A DNA stretch of 64,000 nt from Lepidodermella squamata (lineage: Eukaryota > Animalia > Gastrotricha), in the NCBI GenBank assembly GCA_047495785.1, contig JBLDXI010000029.1, positions 3,224,001-3,288,000 of the forward strand, written 5' to 3'. Within the stretch, counting starts at the first letter, position 1. Each line of letters starts with the position of its first letter. Below, in pieces: positions 1 to 12,157 of the stretch. Below the pieces are notes generated by a model. That model was not told the origin of the DNA and searched no databases. It saw only the letters and a program-made list of their open reading frames with translations. The translations under genes and the position numbers were made by a program.

Positions 1-630
1 AGACTCTCCTTAATCAAAATTATAAAAATCAATTGTTTCGAGCAGAGTTCCTTGTAGTGCTTAGCAGTTACGAAACTCAAGTTACAGTTGCCAAGTAGTT
101 AGCTACAGATTGTCTTATTAGTAACGCAATCGTGGCTACTGAATTACCTATCGTCAGTACTTACATTGGAGAAAACAGAAAACCCGAAAAAACCCGATTT
201 TCGGTTTCTACCCGGTTCCAGAGAAAAGCGAAGTACCGAAGTACCGAATTACCGCTAGGGATCGTAGGGATCATCCCTAGGAGTTCCATCGGTCCGCAAT
301 GTGAACTCGGTCAAAGACCAAATGGGGACCCTTATATGTCGATTCGGCTTATCCTTGCCAGTTCTGCTGTCCTACTACGCTCTATGCCCGGTTCGATTAT
401 TCCCGATCACAATCTCCAAACTTTCTGAGCTTTTTGATACATCTCTTCGGTATGGCCTGGTCTAAATGGAAAAACTCTAACGATATATTCCATAGAACTT
501 TAATCATAAGGTGGCAAAATCGTATTTATTCATTTGGAAGAAATTAGCGAAGCCATGCTCGCAACATAGGAAGCTCTATTAATTGTCTAAACTAAGGAAG
601 TCTTTCTTTTGCATCAATTTGATAGATTTA

Positions 631-2582
631 CTAATGTTCCTCAGGATGCCAGACGAACGATTTCGTCGGTTTCATCGTTGATCGAGACTTGTTAGCTTGC
701 GACGGCATAGGTTTAAGATCGCTGAGTGCAATTGCAGCTCCCTCAGTTTCCGTTCCTTCGTCGATGAACTGGTGAACAGCAGCACGCGGGGCTTCGACAA
801 CGCCGAGGGGTAGGATCTCGCGTTGATACACGTCGTTGATGATCTCGGACATGCCGGTGTAGAGCGCGCATAGACCGCATAAGACACCATCGGAGCCTGC
901 GATGATCTTGACAACACGGGATGCTTCTTTTTCTTCACGATAAGCCAAAAAGTCTGCGACCGCAAGCAGGACAAACAGAATCTGTGAAAACGAAAGCAAT
1001 TATTGAATTTTGAAATCGAACTGAGAAGAAGAACGAAACATAGAAATATGCTAAGAAGTGTCTCATAACAAACCGAAAAGTTAATTCCAGTAAAAATGGT
1101 ATTGCTCTGAAACGTTCTCATGGCCAAATTGTATTTGTCAACAATTCTAAGGGGTTCAGGGGATGCAGATCAAGATTTTGAATCCTGTTTGTCGCTATAG
1201 CTCTCGTCTTTAAGACCGTGCGGAAATAGGTTAAAATAGACCTATTCTCCCAGCTGAATTCAGCCGATAACCGATAAGTAACCTAAGTTCTGTATCCCAT
1301 ACTTTCAACCTTGAATTCTATGAAAGTTCCTGAACTATCCTAACTCCCAACCAACCAATATTAGAACCCTGAACCTAGGATTTTTTATTTTAGCTACAAG
1401 GTGTCCTAAGCTACGTAGAATAATTATCGATGCTGGGTTCCAAGACGGCTGATATCGGGAAAATCACTGATTGGTAAAATCGATACTTTGAATCGATATC
1501 GACTCTATAGGATGAAGTATAATTCGTAAACTGACCGCTCATAGCTCGGATTACCCGTAATATGACCGTCTATCGGTTTGGCAAGATAACAAAAAATGTG
1601 AGATTCTAGTGAAGACTAGAAGCTCGATGAATAAAAACCAGACCCGATTAGGAATTTTTTTCTGGTAGTCTATTTTTCGACCGATATTAATACCCACGCT
1701 GAACATTGGATTCTTCATTTTCACTTTATGTTGCCCTAAGCTATGTGGAAAAATTATCGACGATAGGTTCCAAGCCGTTTGATATCGGAATTGATACTTG
1801 GAATCGATACGCGTTATGTTGCGATCGATCGGTTAGGCATGATAATACCAAAGTAATTGACAATTGACAAAATGACAAAATGAAACTCGAAGCTCCATAT
1901 TTGGGAGTTTCAGTGTCTCAAATTTAGACTTGGAACCCTGAGATCAGCTTTTTCAAGCCACGTAAATTCGAGATTTCTTGGTGAAAATATTCAAATAAGC
2001 TTATGCGAAAATGGCAATGATAAATGATAAATTTAAATATCCAGAGTCTCTGTTAAATTTAGGAACAATATAGGAATATGGGATATAAGGCGATTCCGAA
2101 ATAATTGTTTTTTTTTCAGACTTACATCGACTGTGATAAAGGTCAGTCGAAGTGACCAGGTAGATTTTGGCCGCCAGATGCAGACAGTCATGCATATGCT
2201 AAACAGCAGCCAAACCATTAGGTACAATCCAACTGCTAGAGGATTCGGCCCAGGTATCTAAATAATGACAAAAAATCCAGTTAAAAATTCAAATAATTCA
2301 AACAAAAATTCTCAAATTTACCGGCGTAGTCGGCGGTTGGAGGTAGAACAAAAGCACGTAGGACAGCCAGAAAAACGCGTAGCCGAAAAAGGCGATTGAA
2401 GCGAGCAGTTGCTTCTGAAACAGAGCGATAAACGCGCCAACAGCCTGCATGCAAAATCCAAGCGCGAAGCCCATGGCGAGGTTCATTGAATTCAGCGGGA
2501 ATACGGTACAATTGGCGAGATTCAGTACAACAGTTGCCAGGCCAAAGCCGAGCAGGCCGAATGGGCCGGCAATTATAGCCAT
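631..2582 (-). CDS. satP: GPR1/FUN34/YaaH (SatP/AceTr) family acetate/succinate channel, 3 exons (2582-2322, 2257-2126, 981-631), ~247 aa
   Basis: Exons join in phase 0 at GT-AG sites: MAIIAGPFGLLGFGLATVVLNLANCTVFPLNSMNLAMG...FGYAFFWL...|IPGPNPLAVGLYLMVW...LTFITVD|ILFVLLAV...IAGSDGVLCGLCALYTGMSEIINDVYQREILPLG. This is colinear with E. coli YaaH as recalled ([21 protein letters not shown]...SYGSFWL...LFALLAI...AGWIGLICGASAIYLAMGEVLNEQFGRTVLPIG). Six hydrophobic segments. Confidence 0.92.
1370..1830. repeat. Two tandem copies of a dispersed repeat in satP intron 2; further copies at ~3480-3630 (inverted), ~9190-9235 and ~24665-24740
   Basis: Shared core aattatcga..ggttccaag..g.tgatatcgg..aaatcactga...atcgatacttggaatcgata. 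Confidence 0.6.
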
Positions 2583-4179
2583 TTTTTTCTAATTAAATTC
2601 TTCAAATTTAAAAACTAATTAACCTAAATTTCTGTAATAATTTAAAAAATTTAAACTAAATTTTGAATTTTTTTTAAAATAATTATTACGATTAATTACA
2701 TATTTATTACATATTTATGAATTATTTTTTTATTGTTAAGGTATATATTTATTAGAGATACTTTTTTCAAGATAATAAAGAATAGTTACCCATTACTGTG
2801 GAAAATTCTAGGTAGTGGGTCAATTTTGAAGGTAACCGGGTGCTAAAACTGAAAACCGACACAGTCACGTCGTGCTATGTGGTATTCAAGTTTCATTTGT
2901 AAAGTTTTTCATCCAGCTCATATTATTACGTATATTCCTATACTACTGCTATACTACTACTATACAACTCGTGCGCGTAAATAAAATAATAGTATTTGTA
3001 ATTACGCAGTAGTATTATCATTATTTTTGTATTTATTTTTCAATACATACGCAAAGGTATGAATAGGTAAATAACCTGCGTTCTGGAATTGTATTGGTGG
3101 ATGTGTCAAAAGCGAGGACTGGCCACGTCAAAAGCTGCATTTAGTTTGAATAGAATTACAATGAGACAGCGGTAGATATTGTTGCGGCTATAATAATTGA
3201 CCTAGGTCGCGACACACTTTTTTGCGTGGGGACATAATCACGCTGAAAAATTGAAAATTCAGAAAGATTGATGAGGAATAAAATAATTTAACTGAAAAAA
3301 ATGGAAAATGACTATAATTTAATACCTGATATAAGAGCTACTTCGGAATCCGACCATTTCAGGCCAAACCGGTAAAAAAATTAATTCGGGTTTTTTTCAG
3401 GAATTTTTCAGGGAAATTGTACCGAGAAGTGATCTGTCAACCTAAGTTTAAGGTTCCAGAACTAAACAGCCGATAGATCTCCATATTACGATATCGGCGA
3501 GCCTGAAGAGCCGATATCGATTCCAAGTATCGATTTTACAAATCACTGATTTTTCCGATATCAAACGGCTTGGAATCTATTTTCGAAGATTTTTCTATAT
3601 AGCTAAAAGGAATCCTAGGTTCAGGGATGGTATCAGTATGGGAATTATAACCGAAATCGCTAAGAATTCGAAAATTATTAAATCCCAGGGTGCTCAATTA
3701 TGGGACCGATGGAACCTCAGTTTTAGACCCGGACTAGATTTCAATAAATTCCAGGTTTTGTCCTCGACTATGATTAATTTATGGGATAAATCAATAAATT
3801 TTAGACTCATTTTTAAAAGACGAAAAACTCGAAATGAAAAATAAATTTTCGCATATCGATGAAAATATTTATTTAATTTTTCTCACGAAATCACTCCAAG
3901 CATGCGAAAAAAACAAGCTGATATATAGCACGTCCACAATAATTTTAACAAGACAGCAACAGCTGCAGCCTCGGAATTTCAAAAATCACAAAAATAACGA
4001 AAAATAATATCGAATTATCAGCCTCTTCAAAATTTGGATTCAGTTTAATATAAAATTCCAAAAGAAATTCATTTCATTTTCATGTTTTAAGAAAGGCTGT
4101 TGAGCTTGAGTTTTTTCAGTTCATGCCTCGGCGTTGTACTGGGTGGGGCAGCTTGTCCAATGTTGCGTTACATTTTTGT

Positions 4180-6419
4180 TCAATTTTCGCAGCTTGTTGG
4201 CTTTATCTGGCCGGTTGTCACCTCGCCGTGTCGCGTCAGTTTGTGACTCCGCAAACAGTGCGCCTGTCGAAACCTCCGACCGCACACATTGCACGAGTAC
4301 GGAAAAATTCCTGCGCAAAAATCGATGATTTTTTTAATTTTTCATGCCGAGAAAAAATTCGAAAAAATCTCACCCGCGTGGATGTACATGTGCATCGTCA
4401 AGCTTGAAAAAAAATAAAAATAAAATAATTAAATAAAATAAAAAAATAACTAAAAAATTAGACAAAATTTAAAAAATTTCATAACTTCAAATTTTTCATA
4501 ATTTAATATTTTTAATTTTAATTTAATCGAGTCCGAATCCCTGGATAGCTTTGTAGATCTTCATCAAGTTTAAATTAAGACTAGTGAGTCCCCTAGTTAA
4601 TTATCCTCAGCATGTTTATAACCATATATTGGCTGGTTTCCGGCTCGAATGTTGTGACCTACCTCCACTTAATATTATGTAAATTATGACATTAATATAT
4701 GAGCAGTACCAGTACCGTTAATAAACAAATTTTGGTGCGAAAACATGATTTAAGTGCTTGACCTACATTTTCTTTTTCAACAATTGCTAATAATAATTTA
4801 TAATTTATAAATGATTGATTGAAAAACATATAAAATATTGAAGTTAAAATTTTTTATCTAGAACACGAGCCGTATTATCAAGGAGTTTTTATAGCGGGAT
4901 AAATCTTAACATAGGAACCAATGAATCCACAATTTGGTTCAAATTCAAAATTGTTCCTTTCAAATATTCTAGAACTCAAACTGAGCAAGACGGATTGGTT
5001 ACAATTTGGCCTTGTGAATCTACTGTTGCAAAATGATATTTCTGGTTGATTTTATCGCAAGATTCGAACCCTCTCAAAGCTTACTGACCTTTCTAAAAGG
5101 TTCCACTTACACTTGCCAAGTTTCCTATGTCCATCGATACGTTCAACATATAATTTTAAAATAAATCCAATAGATTCCCTATATTAATTTGCAAGCTTAT
5201 ACTTGGATTTGAGCTTCAGACTGGTCAAATTAAACTTCGAATTCGCAAACATTTGTGACCACTTTTTACTATGTTCATGACTTCTCCAAATAAAAGCATT
5301 GAAGTAAAAAAAATTAGAACGCGCAAGTGGCTACACGATGAACCGAAGAAACCGAAAATTGAAGCTTCGAATGTTGTCCAAATAAAGTTGGAATGCATCA
5401 TCATAGTTCGGCTTTTGAGTTTCAATAACTTGGTTAGATTCCAAGCTTCGATTTTTATGAATTTAGAAAATTAGAGGTTCCAAGGTTCAAGAAACCTAAA
5501 AGGTTCCAAGCTTAAAATAGAAAGAGATGGAAAAGACCAAAACTGAATTCTGGGTTTCGACAAACAGCCAAAATAGCTGGAATATACCGACCCTAACTTC
5601 AATTCAATATATGAAGATCTAGGCATACTAGCCATGGCTTTGAAATGTCTAATGAGCTTCAGGTTTGATTAAATTTGCTCAAATTCGAATGGAAGATTGA
5701 ATTAAAAATCAAATTATGTCACTGAAATAAGGTTAAATTGTTTTCAACCAGCTAATTTTCGAAACTTGTTTATTTCTAAAATTGCGATAATATAATGTAT
5801 TAAAAATGGGAAAATTCGGAATTTTAATGAGTTTTATTTTTGAATTTTTTCTAATTTATATTTTTTTATAAAGGGCTCACTTGAATTTTCTGGCGAATTT
5901 TCGGCCACAGGTTTCACAGACGTGCGGCTGGTTGGTCGGGTCGTGCGTCATCATGTGATCCTTGAGGTGAATTTTCTGCTTGAAACCAGCACCGCACGTT
6001 CCGCACCGATGCGGTCGAATGGCCGCGTCGTCGAACTGCCGCCGCCTGCTGTTATTACCTTGCGTTGTCCCAGAATTAGCCGCAGCCGGCTCTGACGGCA
6101 CTGAATTATCGCTGTTATTCGAAACGCTCAACTCCTCGCTCGACAGACACATTGGCATTTCCATCGACTCGCAATCGGGCGATGAAGTTACCGATTCGGC
6201 CGGTTGGTTATGCAATTTTTCCATAATTTTCAGAAATTCGCCGAAAATATCAGCCGGGCCCAGGCCGTGTTGCTGAAGGCTGATAAAGACGTGTTGGAAA
6301 AGTAGTGGCAGTGGCAAATTTTCCGGAATCGTCACGCTTGAATGAACCTCGGCGGCATGGCTCCGCAATTCGGCAAAATTGTCAAAAAACAGCCCACAAT
6401 CTCGGCAGATGACTTCCAT
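4180..6419 (-). CDS. C2H2 zinc-finger protein (one N-terminal finger plus three C-terminal fingers), 3 exons (~6419-5881, ~4403-4375, ~4310-4180)
   Basis: Fingers CRDC..H..EVH, HRCGTCGAGFKQKIHLKDHMMTH, HVCETCGRKFARKF|NLTMHMYIHAG|IFPYSCNVCGRRFRQAHCLRSHKLTRH. Splicing at GTGAG donors completes fingers 3 and 4. Stop TGA at 4182-4180. Confidence 0.88.
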
Positions 6420-7298
6420 TTTTTATATATTTAATAAGTTGCTATAATATATTAGGAATAAATTTTCGAAAATATTGTTATTTACCGCGCTGGGTTAATT
6501 TTCGGGTTTAAAAGCGAGTTTTAACCTCGAACCAGGTACAACGCTTTTCTTTCTTTTATTATTGCTATAAACAATGCGCTTTAGTGCGTTCACTTTTAAC
6601 GCTGGCTGATGTTGAGAAAAAAAACAAACATGCATTACGCTGGACGGTGATTTAAATTTATTATTGTTTTTGCATGATGCTGCAGCGAAAGCGCTTTTAC
6701 ATCACCGCTTTTAAAAATAATAATAATAGAAAAATTGTAAAGCGAAATTTTTTTCTATTCTTATAATAAATGAGCGGTGTTGCAGGTAACGTAACGGCGC
6801 TGGTGACGTTGCGCAGCCTTGTGTATATGACGTTATTTTATTTAAGGCTTAAAACCTGGCCAAAACTGGGTAACAGTGCAGAAAAAATGGAAATTTGGCC
6901 TCGAAAATGTTTATTAAACTTCCCGTTTTAAATTGATGGAATTTAATTGTCAGGGTCAATTGTACGCAATGTTAAATCAGGTCAAGTTAATGAAAAATAA
7001 AAATGAAAAAATGCAAAAAATGAAAATAAACAAAACCCGAAAAATCACGCGTTAAATTAAGGAGGAATTTTTTTAATTGTCTTGTTAGCTTCGGCACTTC
7101 GGCGCAATATCAAGAATGAGCTCGAATCAATATTAATTTTTTAAAGTAAATCATCTCCAATAAAAAATTTGATTTTTAATGATTTTCCGATCATTTATAA
7201 TAGCAAAATTAATACGGTGTCCTAATTTTAGCGAAATATTTATATTAGGATTAGGGACATTTCGGCCTGCCTCAGAATTTATTTGATTTATTTCAATC

Positions 7299-7738
7299 CG
7301 TGTTCAGACTTTTTAGCAGTGACAGTTCAGCAAATGAGGGTCAAATCAGTCAGTAAAAAATTCATTAAAATCAACTCTTATTGTTTAGTTAGGTAAATAA
7401 TGAGTGACCAGTGACATTTCAGCAGTGACAAATGAGCAAGTGACACTTTATCAATTTTTATTTGTTAACCTCGGGCATTGAACTTCAATTATTGAGCTTA
7501 ACGTTAATGCAGCGCATAGTCCCCTGAATACGGCTGGAATTCTGCTGATATAATGCCTCTGCTGAAATGTCACTGCGCAAATGTCACTGAGATGAAAATA
7601 AATAAATTCGAAAAAAGTTCAGGATAAATTAAGAAAAATCACTGCTAACATGGCATTGATGATTTTTCACTGCGCAAATGTCGCAGATGATTTGACCCTC
7701 ATTTGCTGAAATGTCACTGCTGAAAAGTCGTACAACCA
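7299..7738. mobile_element. MITE with ~50-bp TIRs and 9-bp TSD (Mutator-like)
   Basis: Left end gactttttagcagtgacagttcagcaaatgagggtcaaatca is the inverse of right end tgatttgaccctcatttgctgaaatgtcactgctgaaaagtc. Internal cagtgaca subrepeats. atttcaatc on both flanks. Confidence 0.75.
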
Positions 7739-9692
7739 TTTCAATCCGCCTTCATCTATGAATTATCGAACCAAGTTATTGGTTGAACTGCTCGGGTTAA
7801 ATTCAAAATTTTACAAATTCCAACAGTGAACTGAAAAAAATTGAAAATAAAACAAAATAAATTGCCAGCAAAAGTTGGTGAAACATCAACAACAACAAAT
7901 AATATTAGTTACATGAGAGCGTATTAAATGGTTAATTAATAAAAAATTCCTGATTTCATTTCTCGGCAACCGGAACGAAAATCGCCACAGCAGCTCCAGA
8001 CCTGCAGGGCTTGAAATCTATCAAAAAACATGCTGCGATTTATTAATAAAAATGAAAAAATATATAAATAAATATAAAAATGAAAATTATCAATTCAGTC
8101 AAAATACCGGAGCCTGGAAATTCGAAACGCGTCCTTTCTGAATTTTTGCTGCACAGGATCAAACAGCATTGAGTTACCTGCTCATATACCTGTTATTATA
8201 ATCTGATACACATATGTATGATGGTTGAACATGTCATCATAATAATATTATTATTGACACGGGGAGGTGAATGTCGTGGAAATAAGAAAAATCAGCGGCA
8301 CTGCGCTGCGCCCGCCTACCTTCGATTGCCATAATTGACCTCGATAATTAGCTCGCTTCATGCCGTTCTATCCTATAAGTGAAGCAAACGCCCAAGCGTT
8401 CAATTGCCGGTATTTAATTTCTTTATTGTTCTATTATTTTTCAATGATAAATTCCGGCAGTTTTTCTCGATTTTTTATCACGGCACGCTGGTGATGAATT
8501 TCAGGTTAAATTTAAATTTTTCGGCGTGAGAATTAAATACGGCTGTTAAACGCGTGAAAATTATTACGTTCCAGAGTAATAAAGTAAAACTTGAGATTAA
8601 TATTACGTGGCTGTGATATTTCTAAAATAAAAAAATTGCGTTAAAATTAAACACGTCATAAGCCTTGGAAGAGGGCTGTTATTATATTTTTTTATTGCTT
8701 TTCGTTCTACAGCGTGTGGACAAAATAATAATGGAAAAGCGTATTTCTGGAAAATTCGCTCTTTTAGAATATGAATAAAGGTAATACTTAGGTATAATTT
8801 ACGAAAAACTGACGAAAAATCAAGTTGGGATTTTTGGATCTCGATGAATCACGTGAAAAAATGGAATTTTTTCGGCTCCCGATTAAACGCACAAATTTTT
8901 GATATTTTACCACTAAACCGCGTTTTTTAGCGCTTGATATTTCAAATTCGATGTTAAATTATCGCTTAATTTTTGCTTTGGACACACCTGAGATTTTATC
9001 GGTAATAAAACTTGATTTGAGAATCCCAGCACTATAGATTTCTCCAAGATATCAAATTTCGAGTTCCACGAATTCACTAGGATCCCAATTTTTCGATATA
9101 ATAATGCCTAACCGATATATCTCCAACTTACGCATATGTTGCGCTTTTAGTGATAGGTTTATGAGTTATACTTCAACCTGTAGAGCCGAGGATATCGATT
9201 CCAAGTATCTATTTCACAAATCAGAGATTTTTAGGATGAATTTGAACTGAAAAAAAAACAATTTTTTGCGAAAATTCAATATTGGAGCTTGATATTTGGA
9301 GTTAGAACGTGGAATCCTAAATTTATTTTAAGACTTTTACAAGAATTCTTCAAATTTACAGCGCACTTTCCGCGCAATCAAATTTGACCCTGATGACCCA
9401 ATGACAAAATTGAGCACAAAATAGGCACGCAAAGGTCATAAAACCACTAATAAATGTCATTTAAATATTAAATTTTTATAAACAATTATTTTCAATTTTT
9501 ATCTGATTTTTTAATTAAAAATTCAGCAAAAAATTACTTATTTGTTCGAAAAATGGGACAAATGCTTTTTATTGAAGAGCGACCTTTCGCCTCCGAATTT
9601 TTCAAATATTTGAATCGCGTGCTCCGAAACCCTTGAGTTGATTCTCAACTTAATTCTCGAGATTATTTCATTTCAAAACAAGCAAAAAAATC

Positions 9693-10622
9693 ATGGCGCA
9701 TTTTATTTATTCAATTTTCTCAGTTATTTTAATTCAATTTCAATTGACAAAATCTTCAATTTTACTGTCAAATTTTACGAAACAGCAAATCGACCGCGGC
9801 CTGGCCGAGCAAGAACCGCATTCGGACGAGCCGAATTTACAGCATAAACACATTTATTTATTCGGGCAAATCAACGGCGTAACGACCGATCAATGCAAAC
9901 CATCCGGCCGGTTGGAAATTCGAAGCCGGCTGTCAAGCGAGCAAAACCTCAAATTACGGGCTCAGTTCGCGAATTGGCAGCGAAAATCGCGTAAAATCAT
10001 CATTTGCGCCCGCCAAATTTGGCCTAATTGCGGCGGTCAAATCACGCAGTGCTTGACCTCATTACGGCTGGAATTTGATTGCTACCGCGATGAGTCATCA
10101 ACCACATGTTCGATTTCGTCACGCTTGAGTGATAATCGATTGAAAAATATCGATAAAAATAATTGCCAATCATCGCTGAATTTGGTTGATTTCGATAATC
10201 GATACGCATTTTTCGATTCGCCGCGATTATTCGACTACAACTTCACGGTGGTCAATGAAGCGGATAGGTGGTTCCGGTCGAGGGATTACATGATGCTATC
10301 GAATTATCAACGACTGGAAGATTCGAACCACCGGCCGTTTTTCACGTGTTTAGGCAAAATTCACCTCGCCAGGTTGAATCATTCGATTTTGAAACGAATT
10401 TCGAATGCGGATGAGCCGAGTTTTGGCGTGTGGCCAATTTTGCTATTCACGGCTATCGTCACGCTTGGCGCGGGTGTTTTATTGGCTGTTTCGTTTTTCC
10501 TGCTGTGCCGATGCGTTCGGAGGCAGAAGTCGGCGAGTCTCAATATTACGAGCCCCATTTCACAGCTATCGCTTGCCGATATCATCTCAAGCCGCGACGA
10601 GCCGCACAATTTTTACGCCTAA
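9693..10622 (+). CDS. Intronless orphan single-pass (type I) membrane protein, 309 aa
   Basis: Long ORF, GC-richer than its flanks. N-terminal signal-like segment, Cys-containing ectodomain with N-glycosylation sequons (NFT, NHS), TM segment FGVWPILLFTAIVTLGAGVLLAVSFFLLC followed by basic RCVRR, short tail. Confidence 0.75.
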   Translation: MAHFIYSIFSVILIQFQLTKSSILLSNFTKQQIDRGLAEQEPHSDEPNLQHKHIYLFGQINGVTTDQCKPSGRLEIRSRLSSEQNLKLRAQFANWQRKSRKIIICARQIWPNCGGQITQCLTSLRLEFDCYRDESSTTCSISSRLSDNRLKNIDKNNCQSSLNLVDFDNRYAFFDSPRLFDYNFTVVNEADRWFRSRDYMMLSNYQRLEDSNHRPFFTCLGKIHLARLNHSILKRISNADEPSFGVWPILLFTAIVTLGAGVLLAVSFFLLCRCVRRQKSASLNITSPISQLSLADIISSRDEPHNFYA

Positions 10623-11064
10623 TTTTTTTTGAACTCGAAGATTATATTAACAGTGACATGAGAATCGTATTTCAAATGCTAAATAAAATTTTGATTTTTT
10701 TCTGAATTTTTCTTCTTGTTTAATTTTGTTTTTTTCACCAAAATTAGTGAGAAAAATCTATTTCTATTATTTTACACTGAAATTCTCGATTTTTAATTAT
10801 TGCGAATTATTTTCAGAGTGCCTTACCTTGCTTCCTCGCTCCCTTAGTTGAAGATCCTATAATAAAGCAGTACTAACCAATTAAAATTAAATTAAATTAA
10901 TGGAAATTGAGAAAACTCAGTTTGTCTGAAACTAGGTCAAATAGACTCACTTTTTCAACCAAGTGCGCTGGTACAACGGGAGTAGAGTCAAATTATCGTG
11001 AGTGAAAGTTGGTCAAAACTTCAGACTTACCGCTCGAAAAAGAAGAAAAAACGACTTCATAGTA

Positions 11065-11718
11065 CAGCTTGTCCCAGATAAACAGCGAAAATACGGGGAA
11101 AAGGCCTCAGAAACAATAAAATTATAGGCGTCTCATGGCCAGAAAAATCTTAGAAAAATCTTAAATACCATAAGAATAGTAATCAAGTATGTCTCTATGA
11201 ATGGGATTAAAAATTCCGAAGAAATTTGATCCAACCCGGTAAAAACCGAAAATAACCGAACCAGTTACCATCAGGGTTTTCAGGATTCTCTACCGTTAAT
11301 TGTTCATTTCTTCGGTAAAATCGTGGATAAAGAATGCAAGAGACTCTTTTTAGTGGGCTCAATTTCACAAAGTTTATTCAATTTTCTGTAAAAATTAGCA
11401 ATTAGTAATTTTCTGTAAATTACAAAATGGTCGCACAACTCATGGGACACCCTGCATATCTCATGGCTAAAAGAAAAATTAGAAAAAATTTAAAATGCAA
11501 CAAAAAATAGCAATCAAGCTTGGCAATGGGATTGAAAAATTCCGAGGAAATTTGGCGCAACTGGGTAAAATACCGAAAATTACCAAACCAGTTACCAGCG
11601 GGATTTCTCGGGTTTTCTCCGGTAATATTGTGGATAAATGATAGAAGATTCTCCCGATCAGTCGAATTTCCTACAAATGGTAGCGAAATTTAAAAAAGTG
11701 TTGCTATGGGACACGCTG
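11065..11718. mobile_element. Tc1/mariner-type MITE (CAGCGTGTCCCA TIR family) with internal tandem duplication
   Basis: ta|cagcttgtccca ... tgggacacgctg|ta, with an internal copy of the end at ~11440-11456. Same family as 19670-20038. Confidence 0.7.
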
Positions 11719-12157
11719 TAATAATAACATATTATCTGAAGTTCGAAAACCGGGCAAAGCCGAAGAGTTCTTTAGTAGAAAAATCCTAATTTTATTTAAT
11801 ATTTCTTTTTAAAAGTTTTCCATTATTTTCAAGATGTTCCCAAGCCAGAATCCTAGCTCTAGCTCAACTATTTCGCTGGCCGTGGGGATCTTTGCAATTG
11901 ATGATCCTAATTACGAACAAGGCCAGCTCAGCTTTTAGATTGCCCACGGCCGATCGAAACTTGGCAACATTTGGTCTTCCAACACGAACCTAAGGCAAAC
12001 AATCTATGGGAATGCCTGAAACTCAGAAATCAAGAAACTATTGATATACTTTGGGAAATACAAGTTTTTATTTGAATTCACGGAGTTTCTTAGCGAATAT
12101 AGCGTCATATACGTCCTTCATTTCCTGAAAAATTAGACATATTGAAGCTGATATTTG

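Noticed and set aside
132-428. Short ORFs in 1-600, 3600-3850, 5200-5500, 26500-27900, 57100-58300, 60100-60450 and 62800-64000
   Set aside because: No recognisable motifs, splice context or paralog support. Several overlap dispersed repeats.
631-2582. Bacterial contamination as the source of the satP-like gene
   Set aside because: The ORF is split by two canonical spliceosomal introns, one containing host repeats that recur near animal genes in this window.
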